A DNA stretch of 55,848 nt, counting the filler, from Jimgerdemannia flammicorona (lineage: Eukaryota): NCBI GenBank assembly GCA_003990765.1. It is 2 parts of 2 records of this genome, joined end to end, with 100 filler letters (N's around TTAATTAATTAA, not from the genome) between each part and the next. Parts side by side here need not be neighbours in the genome. Positions count along the whole stretch, not along the records: positions 1 to 27,897 come from RBNJ01000594.1; 1 more part is not named here. One strand, 5' to 3'. The position numbers and the translations under genes are program-made. Positions 13,901 through 25,600 of the stretch are shown piece by piece. Position 1 is the stretch's first letter; every line of letters begins with the position of its first letter. The notes beneath the pieces are model-generated. The model ran no database searches and had not been told where the DNA came from. It saw only the letters and a list, made by a program, of their open reading frames with translations.

Positions 13901-14757
13901 CCCAACTATCTATCTTCTGTCTAATATTCTTAGTCCAAGTATCCCACAACTCCTTCTTAGCTAATAAAGAGAAATTGAGATACTAATGTCAAGACCCATC
14001 TCTACTTTTCCCAAACCAACCTTACTCTAATAAGCCCCAATGGTCTGATCATAGATATCACTCAACCTCTAGAGACTTTCAGACATCCAGACCTCAATAA
14101 TCTGCTGTTAGCACTCAGTCTATTCTTGTTTCAAGTCTACTCATCCAATAGGTGTAGACCCTCCTATCTCCTCATATTGCTCAACCAGTATCCACCAAGG
14201 ATCCAATTTGCTTTACTTTCTTTCAATCTTTCAGACTACAACTCCTGCTTTCAGCATTTCTCCCTCTATCTGTCCTGTCTAACTATATCAAACAAATTGT
14301 ATTAAAGTCACCCCCCAGCATATCCACTCTTATCTCCACAAGTACTCTACTATTCAAAAGACCAGTAATCCACTCCACATACTTGCTTCTAACAGTAGGG
14401 CAGTAACAAGATCCAATCACAGTTAGCACCCACTCTGACTGATGTCATTCTCTCCAAATCAGTCAATCTCTCCAATTTTTACTATCATATTTTTCACCTT
14501 ACTCTCTCTACATCAGTATCTCAACCTTACTCATCTAAACTACTGCCTCTCTCCATTTCTTCATCTACTTCTGTTAATTTAAATTCTTCTCACATTACAT
14601 ATTTTATAGAAGAAAGAGATCAGCTTCTAATCTCTTTAACTAAGTAAAAATATTATATTACCTCTAAGCTCTCCTCAAGTCATTTATGTATGTTAGTTGT
14701 ATTATTCATAGGGAATAATGTTGAAATAGATGCATCCTCTTCACAATTTCATATTTC

Positions 14758-15500
14758 TTTTTTTTTTTTTTTTTTTTCGGAGAAAATATCTCGGAAACCA
14801 ACTTTCCTAATTCATATATATATCTTCGTGGTGATTGTGTGTGCGGCATTTGCAACTCCTTTACATAAATAATGAAGGACATGAACTCCTATTTTTGTTA
14901 TGATTTACAGCTTGGCGTTAAGAATAGCCTCAGCACCAGACGGACCAACTCCAGGTTCAGTCTCAACACCAACATACTTGACAACTAAATTATTAACTAC
15001 AATGGCAAACCTTTTAGCACAAAGTTCGCCCATACCCACATGCTTCAAGTTCTGGGTCAGACCAAGCACCACATAGAACTCGCCATTGCCATCACCAGCC
15101 ATTATGATCTTATCGTAGACGCCAACTACCTTTCCAAAAGCATTCATGATGTATCCATCAGTGATGGAAACACAGATGATATGGTCATAGCCTTGGTCCT
15201 TGAGCTCAGCATGCCTAGTCAGGTAGCTTGGAATGTATACCTCCTGGCAGGTCAGAGTAAAGGTGCTGGAGATTGAAAAGATAATGGCCTTTTTTCCCTT
15301 GAGGAAAGAGTGGGTCTTGAGGGTCACAGAGTGCTGGCATGCTTCAACACTAGCACTAGGGTCATGCTCGACATAGTGAAGGATGACGTTGGGTAGCTGG
15401 TCACCAACAGAAATAGTCATGGTTCAAGTGGTGCAGGTTTTATGGATGGTATATAGGAAAAAAAAAGAGACAAGAAGAACCAGAAAACAGGGGTCCCTGT
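14758..15500 (-). pseudogene. Processed pseudogene (retrocopy) of a type II/Prx5-family peroxiredoxin mRNA with UTRs and poly(A)
   Basis: 20-nt poly(A) (14758-14777), no introns, TSD ACAATTTCATATTTC(T) at 14743-14757 and 15501-15515. Confidence 0.93.
14905..15420 (-). CDS. AHP1: Open 171-aa frame of a Prx5/Ahp1/PMP20-like peroxiredoxin with degraded active-site motif and C-terminal PTS1 (AKL)
   Basis: KGKKAIIF-SISSTFTLTC (family VPGAFTPTC), GDGNGEF, KRFAIVV; N-terminal Cys28 at the Ahp1-type resolving position. Confidence 0.85.
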   Translation of the reverse strand: MTISVGDQLPNVILHYVEHDPSASVEACQHSVTLKTHSFLKGKKAIIFSISSTFTLTCQEVYIPSYLTRHAELKDQGYDHIICVSITDGYIMNAFGKVVGVYDKIIMAGDGNGEFYVVLGLTQNLKHVGMGELCAKRFAIVVNNLVVKYVGVETEPGVGPSGAEAILNAKL

Positions 15501-16378
15501 ACAATTTCATATTTCTCTCCTTTCTAGTCAAGTCTAGTCTATATTCTACAACAATCTCCTTCTCCTTGACTTACTTAGTCTCAAGTCCAACCAGAAGCTC
15601 ATCTATTACTATATCATCCTTCAACTTCATCTTCTTCTAGTACTCTAAACAAGTCTTTTATCAGATCTCCAGCCCATACCTCTACTCTTACCAATAGACT
15701 GCCTGCTCCCTAGTAGCTATCACAATTTCTACCTCTCTTACTTCATTCATCATATAGCCTTTCACATCTAGGAATACTACTAATACCTCTGTTGTCAGAG
15801 CCTCTACAATACTATCTCTCTGTAGTATCCTTGCTCTGTACTTCTTGATGACTCACAAATCTATATCTCTCAACTTCTCAGCCATTAAGTTATTTATCAC
15901 CCAGTATATCTACTGCAAGTCTCCAATCTTCTTTCCTCCAGAGATCACCAGTCAGTCTGCCCCCAGTATCACTGTATCTGCTCCCACACTCACAGATTTA
16001 TCTCACTCCTTCTCAGGAACATCCACTAGCTCATCTTCTCCAACCTCAACTATCTGCCCTCCACTCACTATCTCAGGTACTTCAAACTGAACATAATAAG
16101 TCCCCAATATCTCCACATCCTCTCCAGCTCTTAGCTGTATAATATCAGACCTCCCTTCCAAATCCTCACTCTCTTTCCATACCTCCAGTATACCATCATC
16201 ATAGAGAGCCTGATCCCTTGCCTCCTAGCTCCCACTCATAGCCTTTGCACTTCTCTCTATCTCAACATCTGCCCAGACACTCTTCTGAGTACTCTCTATA
16301 GCTTTATCAGAGCTGGGCACCACTACATCTTTCACTGGTAACATTCAGGTGACATAAGACTCAGATAATACTTTCAAC

Positions 16379-19300
16379 AATGTTTTTGGTAAAAGGTGAC
16401 TAGTAATATGGAAAGCGATTAATATATGGGTGCATGTACTAGGTCAGGTGAACCTAGGGCCTTCAACTGGCAGCAGGTGGGGAGGAGTTATGGTCTGGAG
16501 ATAGGGGCCTTCAGAGGGCCTAAGAGTGGAGAAGGCTCTGGAGGGGGACTGGTGTTCAGTGGCAATGGGGGAAGATCTGGTCTCCTGAGCTTCATGGATA
16601 AGGTAAAGGAGAGTGGGTGGCTGGCTGGTACTAGGACTGGTACTGCTGAGGGGAAGGATAAGATGAGCCTTGGGAGGGGGGGTAGTGCTCCAGCTAGGAG
16701 TGTAGGAGTAGGGGCTGGAGGTGCTGTGGCTGGGGGTGTGACTGTTGATGGGAGTGTGATGGGGAATCAGGAAAAAAAAAGAGATATGATGGCTGATGGC
16801 CAGGTGGGGCAGGGGTTCCCGATGCAGAAGGGGGATCTGGCAGAAAAAGGACTCCTTTTGCTTGAACTATTCAGAGCAAGCTAAGCTACATAGATGTCAT
16901 TTTGTGACAAGCAACATATTTTCAAGTTTTCCCATCATCTATTCTAATATACATGGTGCGGCAGGAGTCTAGCTACAGTATACAACAAGTCTTATCTGTT
17001 TTGGTGGAGTTTTTATTGGATGGCAACCCAGGATTCATCAAGCTCTGAGCGTTTGGAGAGAAGGAGGCTGGCCTGGGTCTTCCAAAGAGTTTTGTGGTGA
17101 CAGTTGGAGCTGGTGTAGGGGTGAGAGGAGTAGGTAGTCAGAAGAGACAGGCTGGTATTGAGAGTTGGCACACAGTGACAGGGGGCAGGAGGGCAGCTAC
17201 TAGGCCCTTGGGAGTAGGGCAGGGGGAACATAGTGTTGACAGGGGTGGGAGTCAGGTGACTGGCCAGGTGGCTGGTCAGGTGATGGGTCAGGTGCCCACT
17301 AGGGGCCAGGGGTCTGGAAGTGGTGTGGCTGGGACTGGTATTCCTGGGGCTGGGCTGGTGGCTGGGGTGACTGCTGGAGTGTTGGAGAACAGGAAGAAGA
17401 TGATGATGGCAGCAGGTTCTGGCAAACTGGTGGTGTGTCCCTTCTTCTACAAGTCAGTGTCAATGTGGGCCATTTCAGCGAATTTTCTGGGACTGGGGAT
17501 GTCTGCCAGGGAGGTCTTGTAGCTAGTGGGAGAGGAGATTATAGGGGCAGAGTCACTGAAGTTCATCCCATCAGCTGAGGCAGTTGAGATAGGATTTGTC
17601 GAGGAGGAGGAGTTGGTGAAGACCTTGGAGAAAGGACTGGTCATCAAGAACATCAAGGTTGGTATGGCGAGGTGCCTGAGATGGGACCTACAAGCAGTGC
17701 AGCTGGTGATTGAAGGGCTGCCGACATTGGGGAGACAGAAGACCAAAGGAAAGATGACAGAGGCACTGGGGGCATTTGGTGAGATGGTTGATTTTGGATT
17801 TTGGGTTCATGTTCTGGGAGGGGACTAAGCTAAGGAATGGCAATTGTAAGGTGATGGTGAGGCTGGAAGGCAAGGAGACCACAGGGCAAGGGAGGGACTG
17901 GCCAGAGGTGATCTGTATCAGAGAGCAGGAGTGCAAAGTGTAGAGAAGAAAGGGTTCTGAACAGGAGAAGGAGGAATTGCTAGTTGCCCTAGAGGAGAGA
18001 GAGACTGCGAAGGAACTGAGGAAGTGAAGATGGGAGGAGTTTGCCAAAGACTGGATCTGGATCCCAACAGATGAGAGGAGGAAGAGGTGGCAAAGAGCAA
18101 ACTGGGAGCACCTGCAGACAGTCCTCCAGGGCTCAGAAAGGGAGGAAAAGGAAAGAGCAGAGATGGCCAAAAATCAGATGGAAGAAGTGGAGATGGCTGA
18201 GGTGTCCTTTTCACAACTAGGGGGTGTGGAGAACTCCACTCATGCACTGGTAAAGGGGAAGTGTGCTGATAAGGAGGAGGCAACCACTGGGGGCTTTGAG
18301 GAGGTTATTGAGGTGGTACCAGAGACCTAGTTGGAGGATGTTCACATGGCAGGAGCAGCAAATGTTCATTGGGAATGCCCAGAAGTGGGCGAAGTGGTTT
18401 GGCTGGAGAAAGACACTGAGGAGGATGACCTGGTGGATGTGGCATCTGACATGTCAGTAGATAGAGAGATGCTGTAGAAGTTGAGTAGGACCCCAAGGCC
18501 AGCCACTCCTGGGCCCATGGTGATGACGGCGGATGACTGGTATCAGACAGTGCTCGAGGAACTTGCAGAGGAGGATATAAAGGAAGTGGATGTGTTTAAT
18601 AGATTGTAGGAAGCCTGGGAAGGGTTCCTCAATATGGCATTACAGGGGCCAAAGTTGGTGATAGTGATGGTGGCAGCACTTCTGGATGATGAAGGATATG
18701 AGGTAGATGAGGTCCATATGGCTGATATCAGGAAGGTAGCATCAGAGTGAGTGGATGCCTTCTGCAGTGGTGGGAATGGAGCCTGTATCTGGAGGGCTAT
18801 CTGTGAGGAATGGAAGGCAATAATCTGTGGTAGGGCTGAAAAGGTGATGGCGATTCCAACAGAGCTTTAAATATTTATATCCATGATGATGAACAGTCTA
18901 CACATATTATCGCTAAATATCAATGGTTTGTGTGATAGAGTGAAGCAAAGGCATTTATTTTGGTGACTGAAGATCAGGAGGTATGATGTAGTATTTCTGC
19001 AGGACATTTGGGCCTATGGGGAGTAAGATTATGAGGAGTGGGGCAAGGAATGGTATGGTAGTACAGGGTGGAATGAGCAGGTGGGCATCTTGGTTGGCTT
19101 GGGGAGAGGAGAGCTGAAGGAGGTTAAGATATATAGTGATCAATTGGTCTGGGGGAGATTGAAAGAAGAAGCTGGTGATGGACTGGTGGTAGGCTCTATA
19201 TATCTGCCAGCAGTTGGCAGAGAGCAAAATCAATGGGTGGAAGGTTGGCTGGATTGGGGAGGCCGAGATAAGATTGGGCTGGACATTCTGAGAGGGGACT

Positions 19301-22300
19301 TCAACATGGTGCATGACAGGACACTAGATAGGTCTGATGGTGGAGTCAGTGTGGCAGTTTCTACAGGGCTCTCGTGATGGCTTCAAGTTGAGAAGGAAAT
19401 GGGATTGGTTGATAGAGTATGACAATATCATGGTGAGAAGTCAGGGCTATTCACTAGGTGGCATCTGGTTGGTGAGGATTTGGTTGGCATGAGAATTGAC
19501 TGGATTCTGGTAGCAGAATGCTGGGGCAATGTTTTGGATTTGACAGAGGTATGGTGGTGTCCCTGGTCAGATCACTGGGGTGTCGAGGTGTGTGGGAGAT
19601 TCCAGGCAGCCAGTGGTGGTGGAGGTAGATGGAGACTTAATGTGGCACTACTCAAGAGACAGGTGGAGTGAGACCAGTTTGTTAAAATTGCAAGAAAGGA
19701 AGTGACATGGTGGAAGAACAGTGGCCAGTCAATAGCTCAGTGGTGGGGGAAATTTAAACATCTGGCAGGTGCATATTGGTGTGATGTAGGAGAGGTAGCT
19801 AGGAGGGAACAGAAGGATAGAGAAAGGAGAGTGGAGCAGGGGCTTTGCTAGTGGCTGAGACTTCTGGAAGGAGAGAACTCCTCAGGGGTATAATGCTCCC
19901 TATTGATCAAGGAGGTGGCTGAGTTGTGGTCAGATTTGAAGGCAGCAGAAAATAGGGTGGTGGATGGGTTGCTGGCAAGATTGTGAGCAAAGTGGTTGGA
20001 AGAAGGTGAGCGACCCACCAAATACTTGTCTGGAATCCTGAAGGCCAGAAGAGTGCAGCACAGCTGGGCTTCGGTATTGTATGAGGATGGAACTGAGGTG
20101 ACTGATATCACAGATATGCTTGGGGAGATCTCTGGTCAATAGTGCACTCTATGCCAGAATGATGGAGGACTGGTGGAGGGAGAGACAGTGCTGGAGGCTA
20201 ATAACAATTTGGTTGGTGGCTGGCCAGTGATGGCAGAGCCAGCAATTGGTGGGGTGGTAATGGGTAGGGTGACCCTTGAAGAGGTGTTGGAGGTTCTGAG
20301 GAAAGTACAGCAGGGGAGGATAGACTGCCTTGGGAGTTCTGGAAGGAGTATCAAATGGAGTTTGGAGCATAGCTCATAGAAATAGTGAACTTTACATTGG
20401 GGGAAGGCTGCTGGATTGGCAATAGCTCCTTAGGGCTAGTCTCTCTGCTCTATAAGGAGAAAGGAGACAGATGTGTGTGGCAGAACTGGAGGCCCATCAT
20501 GTTACTGAATGTGGATAGGAAGTTGGTTTCCAAGATTCTGGCAGGGAGAATGCAACAATGGATTGACTGATTGGTGGGTGATGAACAGCAAGGGTTTGTG
20601 AAGGGGAGACAGATTCAAGACAGCACAGCCTGAGTGCAAAATGTCTTGGAGGGTTGTAGAAGCAGGCAGATCAATGGAAGAATGGTGTTCTTGGACTAGG
20701 AGAAGGTGTACAACAGGGTGTGGTGGGACTACTTGGAGGTAGTTCTACAGAAGGCCAGGTTTGGCATGAGGGAGACTCAAAAACTAATGGATCTGGTGCA
20801 AGGTTGCAGGGCAACAGTGTTGATGAATAGGTGGAGTGGCCTAGAGTTTTTCTTAGGGCAAGGTGTGCCACAGGGAGATCCTCTTTCACCCCTGCTTTAT
20901 ATTTTATCTTTGGAGCCCTTGTTAGCATGGCTGAAGAGGAGGCTTATCAGGTTAAAGATAGGGGATGTGGTCTGGAAGCTGGGGGCCTTTGTGAACAACA
21001 TGGTGGTAGGGTTGGGCAGGGTGGAAGATGTGGCAAGCTTGCAGGAAGGGGTAGGACAGTATGAGATATTGGCAGGAGTGAAGCTGAACTGGGGTAAGTG
21101 TGAGACCATGGAGCTTAGAGCTAACTTGGGGGAGCATGGACACTTTGGACAATTAGTTGGTCCTGGGGAGGCAGTTCGATATTTAGGTGTTTGGTTCTCA
21201 GTATATGGGACAGTGCTGCCAAAAGAGTAATGGTGTGGATTGCTACAGAAGTGGGAGAATGCCTTGGTGGACTGGTCTGGGAGGAGCTTCTTCTTGGTTG
21301 GGAGGATTATAGTCTTGAACGTATATTGGTTACTGAAGCTATAGTACTTGGGATATCACTTGAACTTTCCAGGATGGGTGGTGCAGAAACTGAAGAAGGT
21401 GGTTGAAGGATGGCTATGGCAGAGGAGGAGACCACAGATTAGTTGGAAGGTAATGGTGATGCTGAGGGCAGATGGAGGTCTGGGGCTGGTGGACTTTAGA
21501 AGGCATCTGAAGGTGCTCCAGGGCTGGTAGGGTTATCGAATGGTAGAATTAGGAGGGAAAGGTTGGAGCAAACTGGCTATGAATAACTGGGAAGTTAGGT
21601 TCTGCCCCCAGGGTGAGGTTCGGAAGAATATGTAAGGTTTGCTCCAGGTTGGAAGGGTTGGCAGGTTGTGCTATCGGGGATTCTGGTGGAGTATTGTGGA
21701 AGCTTGGCTAGTAATAGGCCTGATGGGCCCAGAGCCTGGCAAAGAAGAGAAGGACCCAGATCAGCAATGGTGGCAATTTGGTGAGATTCATATTGGCAGC
21801 CACCTGTTGGTTGACTACTCTCTAACTGGGGTGATGGAGTGGATCCGGACTGGTCTACTTGAGAGGTGGCCAGTTGGTTGGCAGAAGGCTGGGTTTGGGG
21901 AAGAGTGGGAGTGGGGTTGGGTTTGGAGCTGGGGGACCTCACTACTCAAGATTGCCCCACCTAAGTTCTGGGTGGTATGGTGGCAATTTTTGCAGAGAAA
22001 TGTCATACTGGGGTATAGGATGGGGTGGATGGTAGATAAAGGTGTAAAGGAATGTGAGTGGTGCTATAAACTGGATGGGGGAGTGGTGCAGATGCCGGAG
22101 CATATTCTGGTGGCCTGCTCAGGGGTTGAAGGATTTTAGCAGACATTAGAAGGTTATTGGGGAGAAGAGAGTGAGTAGGCAGGGGGCCCCACTTGCCAGG
22201 TGATCAAGCATCGACTGGTAGGGGACATTGGGGATGTCTGGGGAGGCCTGGGTTGGATTATCGGCATCTGGGTACTGATGGCAGTATACTGGTGGTGGGT

Positions 22301-22630
22301 GTTCAAGAGAAATCCTTGGATGGGAATTGGCAAATTGGTGGAGCGGTGGAAGGGGTTACTTTTGGAAGTGGTGCAAGGGTAGTGATATCAGAGGAAGAGG
22401 CACCAGTTGGGGGCCATGAAGAAAGTGTTAGAAATTGTCCAGAGGAGTCAGGGGTACCTTGTACTTAGTAAGAAGGGGGTGAGGTGGAAAGAAGGTATAG
22501 GCTGACAAGCTCTTCCTTGTATTATAATTTAATAGTCGAAGGTTGGGTTCATTGTTGTTCTAAGGTAATCGATGGGATAAGTGGATAGTATAACTCTATA
22601 GACTAGTGGAATAAAGGAAGTCCAAGAGAC

Positions 22631-22672
<42 letters not shown>
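16379..22672 (+). mobile_element. LINE-C: full-length (~6.3 kb) L1/Tx1-clade LINE, disabled; ORF1 ~16426-18870, ORF2 ~18883-22470
   Basis: APE endonuclease SLNING..FLQD..GDFN..RIDWIL..SDHW; RT NWRPIMLLNVDRK, GVPQGDPLSPLLYILSLEPL, AFVNN (ADD site); C-terminal CEWC..EHILVAC; AATAAA 22610-22615 and 39-nt poly(A) 22634-22672. Confidence 0.93.
16841..17094 (+). mobile_element. 254-bp insertion in LINE-C ORF1 (possible non-autonomous DNA transposon or captured fragment)
   Basis: Compositional break from the G-rich LINE; CA...TG ends; TGG repeated on both sides; removing it plus one TGG rejoins ORF1 in frame (QKGDL-V-TVGAG). Confidence 0.5.
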
Positions 22673-22675
<3 letters not shown>

Positions 22676-25600
22676 ACACCTAGCAGATGGTATAATGGGG
22701 CTGGCGGTGACTCTGTTACTCAAGAAGTCGATCTCGGAGTTCATGGTAACCTTGTGCTTCCAGGGCTTGGTGGTAATGACAAGGATGGTTCTGGGGCTTG
22801 TTTTGAAGCAGGTGGCTGGGGCAGCCTCAGTGAAGTTCTTGAAGGGTCTGGAGGGGGTCAAGGTGGGCTTTGAGGAGGTGGGCCTACTGGATGAGGTGCT
22901 GAAGACTGAAGTTGTGGTTGGGGAGGTAGTGGTCCCCATGGTGTGGTGCTTGTGATGGGACCCCAGGGTGGTACAGCTCCTGGTGAAGGGGGTGCCCATA
23001 GTGACTAAGAAGGAGACTAAGAAGAGGGTGGAGGAGGTGATGATTGAGTATGGTGATATAGTGGACATTGGCTTTCAGGTGTGGGAGGGGACAATGATCA
23101 GAACAGGTGACATTGATGTCAGGATTTAGCTGGCAGGTAAGGAGGCCACAGAGAAGGCAAGTGACTGGCCTTCTGTGCTGATGTGGGGGGCATTTATCTG
23201 TAAGGTGTCGAGGGTGAAGGGGAGTGAGGAGGAGGAGAAGGACTTGTTGGAGACACTGGAGGAGATGAGTGGAGCTGTGGAGAGGAGGGCAAGGGCCTGG
23301 AAGATGTATGAGGAGTCAATACATCTAGAGGTTGTGGATGGGAAATATATCTATACTGACAGGAAGCAGTGGAAGTAGGTACAGGGGCACAGGAGGCAGA
23401 GAGAGCTACTTGTGAGTATAAAAGTAGAGGTGAAGCAGAAGACAGTAGGAGCTGAAGGGTCTGGAGGTATTGAAGCCAGTGTTTGGGCAAGTAAAGGGGT
23501 TGGAGAGGTGGAGGCAGGTAAAGAAGGGGCTGCAAGAATGCTGAGCAAGGACCTCTTTACCAACAGCACTTTTGAGGTCTGGGAGCCAGAGCTGAATGCA
23601 ATCCCCCCCCCCCTCTTATCAGAAGGGACCCAGCTGGAAAGAGATGGACAATGGAGAATATACCGATGAAGGGGGCCCAGTGAGTATACTTTGGGGTCCC
23701 TGATGTGGGAAAAGAGGGTCAGGTGGTGGCAGTTGGCAAGGATGAGCTGGTGGATGTCCCTGAGGAGGAGTGGGATGAGGCTACCAGTGTAGGGGCTGAC
23801 ATCATGATGTTGGACATAGGATGGCCAGGGACTCCAGGAGGGAAGGAGGTGGGAAACTTGCTGTAGATGAGCAAGGTGATGGATAACCTCATGGCTGAGA
23901 CTTTGGGGGAAGTGGACCTGCGAGTAATGCCTGAGGAGCATTAGATACAGATTTTGAGTGGTGAGAGAGTGGTGGAGGCACTGAAGGGGGAGATTCTTTC
24001 GATTTTCCTGGAGGAGGAGAGATATGAGGTTGATGTAGTGAGGAGGGCCAAGCTGGCAGTGGTCGCTGGTGAGCAGGCAGTATACTGTTGGGTGGAGTGA
24101 CATGGTTTGTGGTTCTGGCAGGAAGCCTGTCACAAATATCATGAGGACTTTGAGGAGCGAGAAGATGGAGCAATGGTAGAACTTCTGGGAGGGTTGAAGG
24201 CACAGGAAGCTGATGAAAGGGAACTAGCTACTGATCATGACTTGGATTTATTGCAGGAGGAGCAGGATGTGGAATTGTAGAGAGTGGGTTCATGATACAA
24301 ATTTTTCTCTTATGAACAGTATAACCAACATTTTCTCTTTGAATGTGAATAGGCTAAGGGGATCTGGGCAGCATAAGAACATTTTTAATTAGCTCAGGGG
24401 ATTGGAGGCTGGTCTCTTTTTACTGCAGGATGTTTGGTGTGAGGATGAGGATAATCAGGTTGAGTGGACTAGGGAATGGAGTTGGGCTACTACTTGATTT
24501 GGAAAAGTGGTGATTCTGGTAAGGAAGGGTAGAGGAGACTTGGGGGGTATTGGAAGCTAGAGTGATTGCTTGGTCTGGGGAGATTGACATCAGCCAGGGT
24601 AGAAGTCAGTGAGGGTTGGCTCTTGCTACTGCTCTGCAGTTAGGGGTGAGAGGATTGCATGGATTAAGGAGCTGCTGGAGGAGGGTATTCTCTTGGCAGA
24701 AGGGGTTGATGTGCTTGGGGGAGACTTTAATATGGTTCAGGATCAGTATCTGGACCAAACTGATGGTGGAAGGAGTGCAGGAGGGAGAAGTGGAGGCCTG
24801 GATACATGGGAGGAAGTGGAGCAGCTGAGCTTCTTAGGAGATATGGGCAGAATATGATGGGGCAATTCCAGGGTCTACATGCATTGGGTGAATGGCTTAG
24901 ATATAAGGATTGACTAGATTCTGACAGCAGAATGCTGGGGGTCTGATGTCTGGAAGATATTGGAGGTGGAATGGTGCCTGTGGTCTGATCACTGAGGACT
25001 ATTGGGACAGGAGCAGTTTGGGGGGAGTGGAGATGGACCTGGACATTGGTGCCTTAACTCCTCCCTGCTAGCTGAGAAGGGGTTGTGGGATTCGTGAGTA
25101 GAGGACATTCAGGCGAAAGTTGCTTGCTGGAGGTATGAGGGTTTGTCTGTGGGTGTCTGTTGGATGAGATTGAAAGAGGCTGTGAGAGTCTATTGGGGAG
25201 GGGCTGAGAGAGAGGCTGGGAGGTGGAGGAGGAAGTACATGAGGTGTACTTCCAACAGGCTAAGGAGATTGCAAATGGATTGGGCAGGTCTGCTTACTTC
25301 TGATGGGGTAGAGGATTGGAGGTTAGCATGGATTAAATTAGAGATTTTGGAATTGCAACAGGTGTTGAGAGAAGAGGAAGAGATGCATATGTGAGGTATG
25401 GCTGCTAGGCTAAGGTGGCAGGGGCTTAAAGAGGATGAGAGGCCTACTAGATATTTATCCCATCTGCTCAAAGCTAGGAGGGTGCAATATTGATGGGATG
25501 GAGTCCAAGATGCTGATGGGGACATAGTATATGGCATGCAACAAATCTTAGGGGTTTTGAAAGAGAGATAGTAGGGTTTGTAGAGTGAGAAAGAAGGGGG

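Larger units (their letters stand above)
10995..16340 (-). mobile_element. LINE-B: 5'-truncated decayed L1/Tx1-like LINE hosting the peroxiredoxin retrocopy
   Basis: Poly(T) 10995-11006 is the tail, preceded on minus by aataaa..gaagtctaagaaactat as in LINE-C; RT GRGIPQRDLLFSILYTLSLE..VFVDD (12431-12769); 5' boundary approximate. Confidence 0.85.

Noticed and set aside
14905..15420. Functional peroxiredoxin gene
   Set aside because: Poly(A), TSD, location inside a LINE and loss of the active-site Pro indicate a processed pseudogene, although the frame is open
22529..24203. Long minus-strand ORFs (179 aa, 263 aa) rich in S/P/L/H
   Set aside because: Antisense shadows of the G-rich LINE strand; one runs through the poly(A) tail (poly-Phe)
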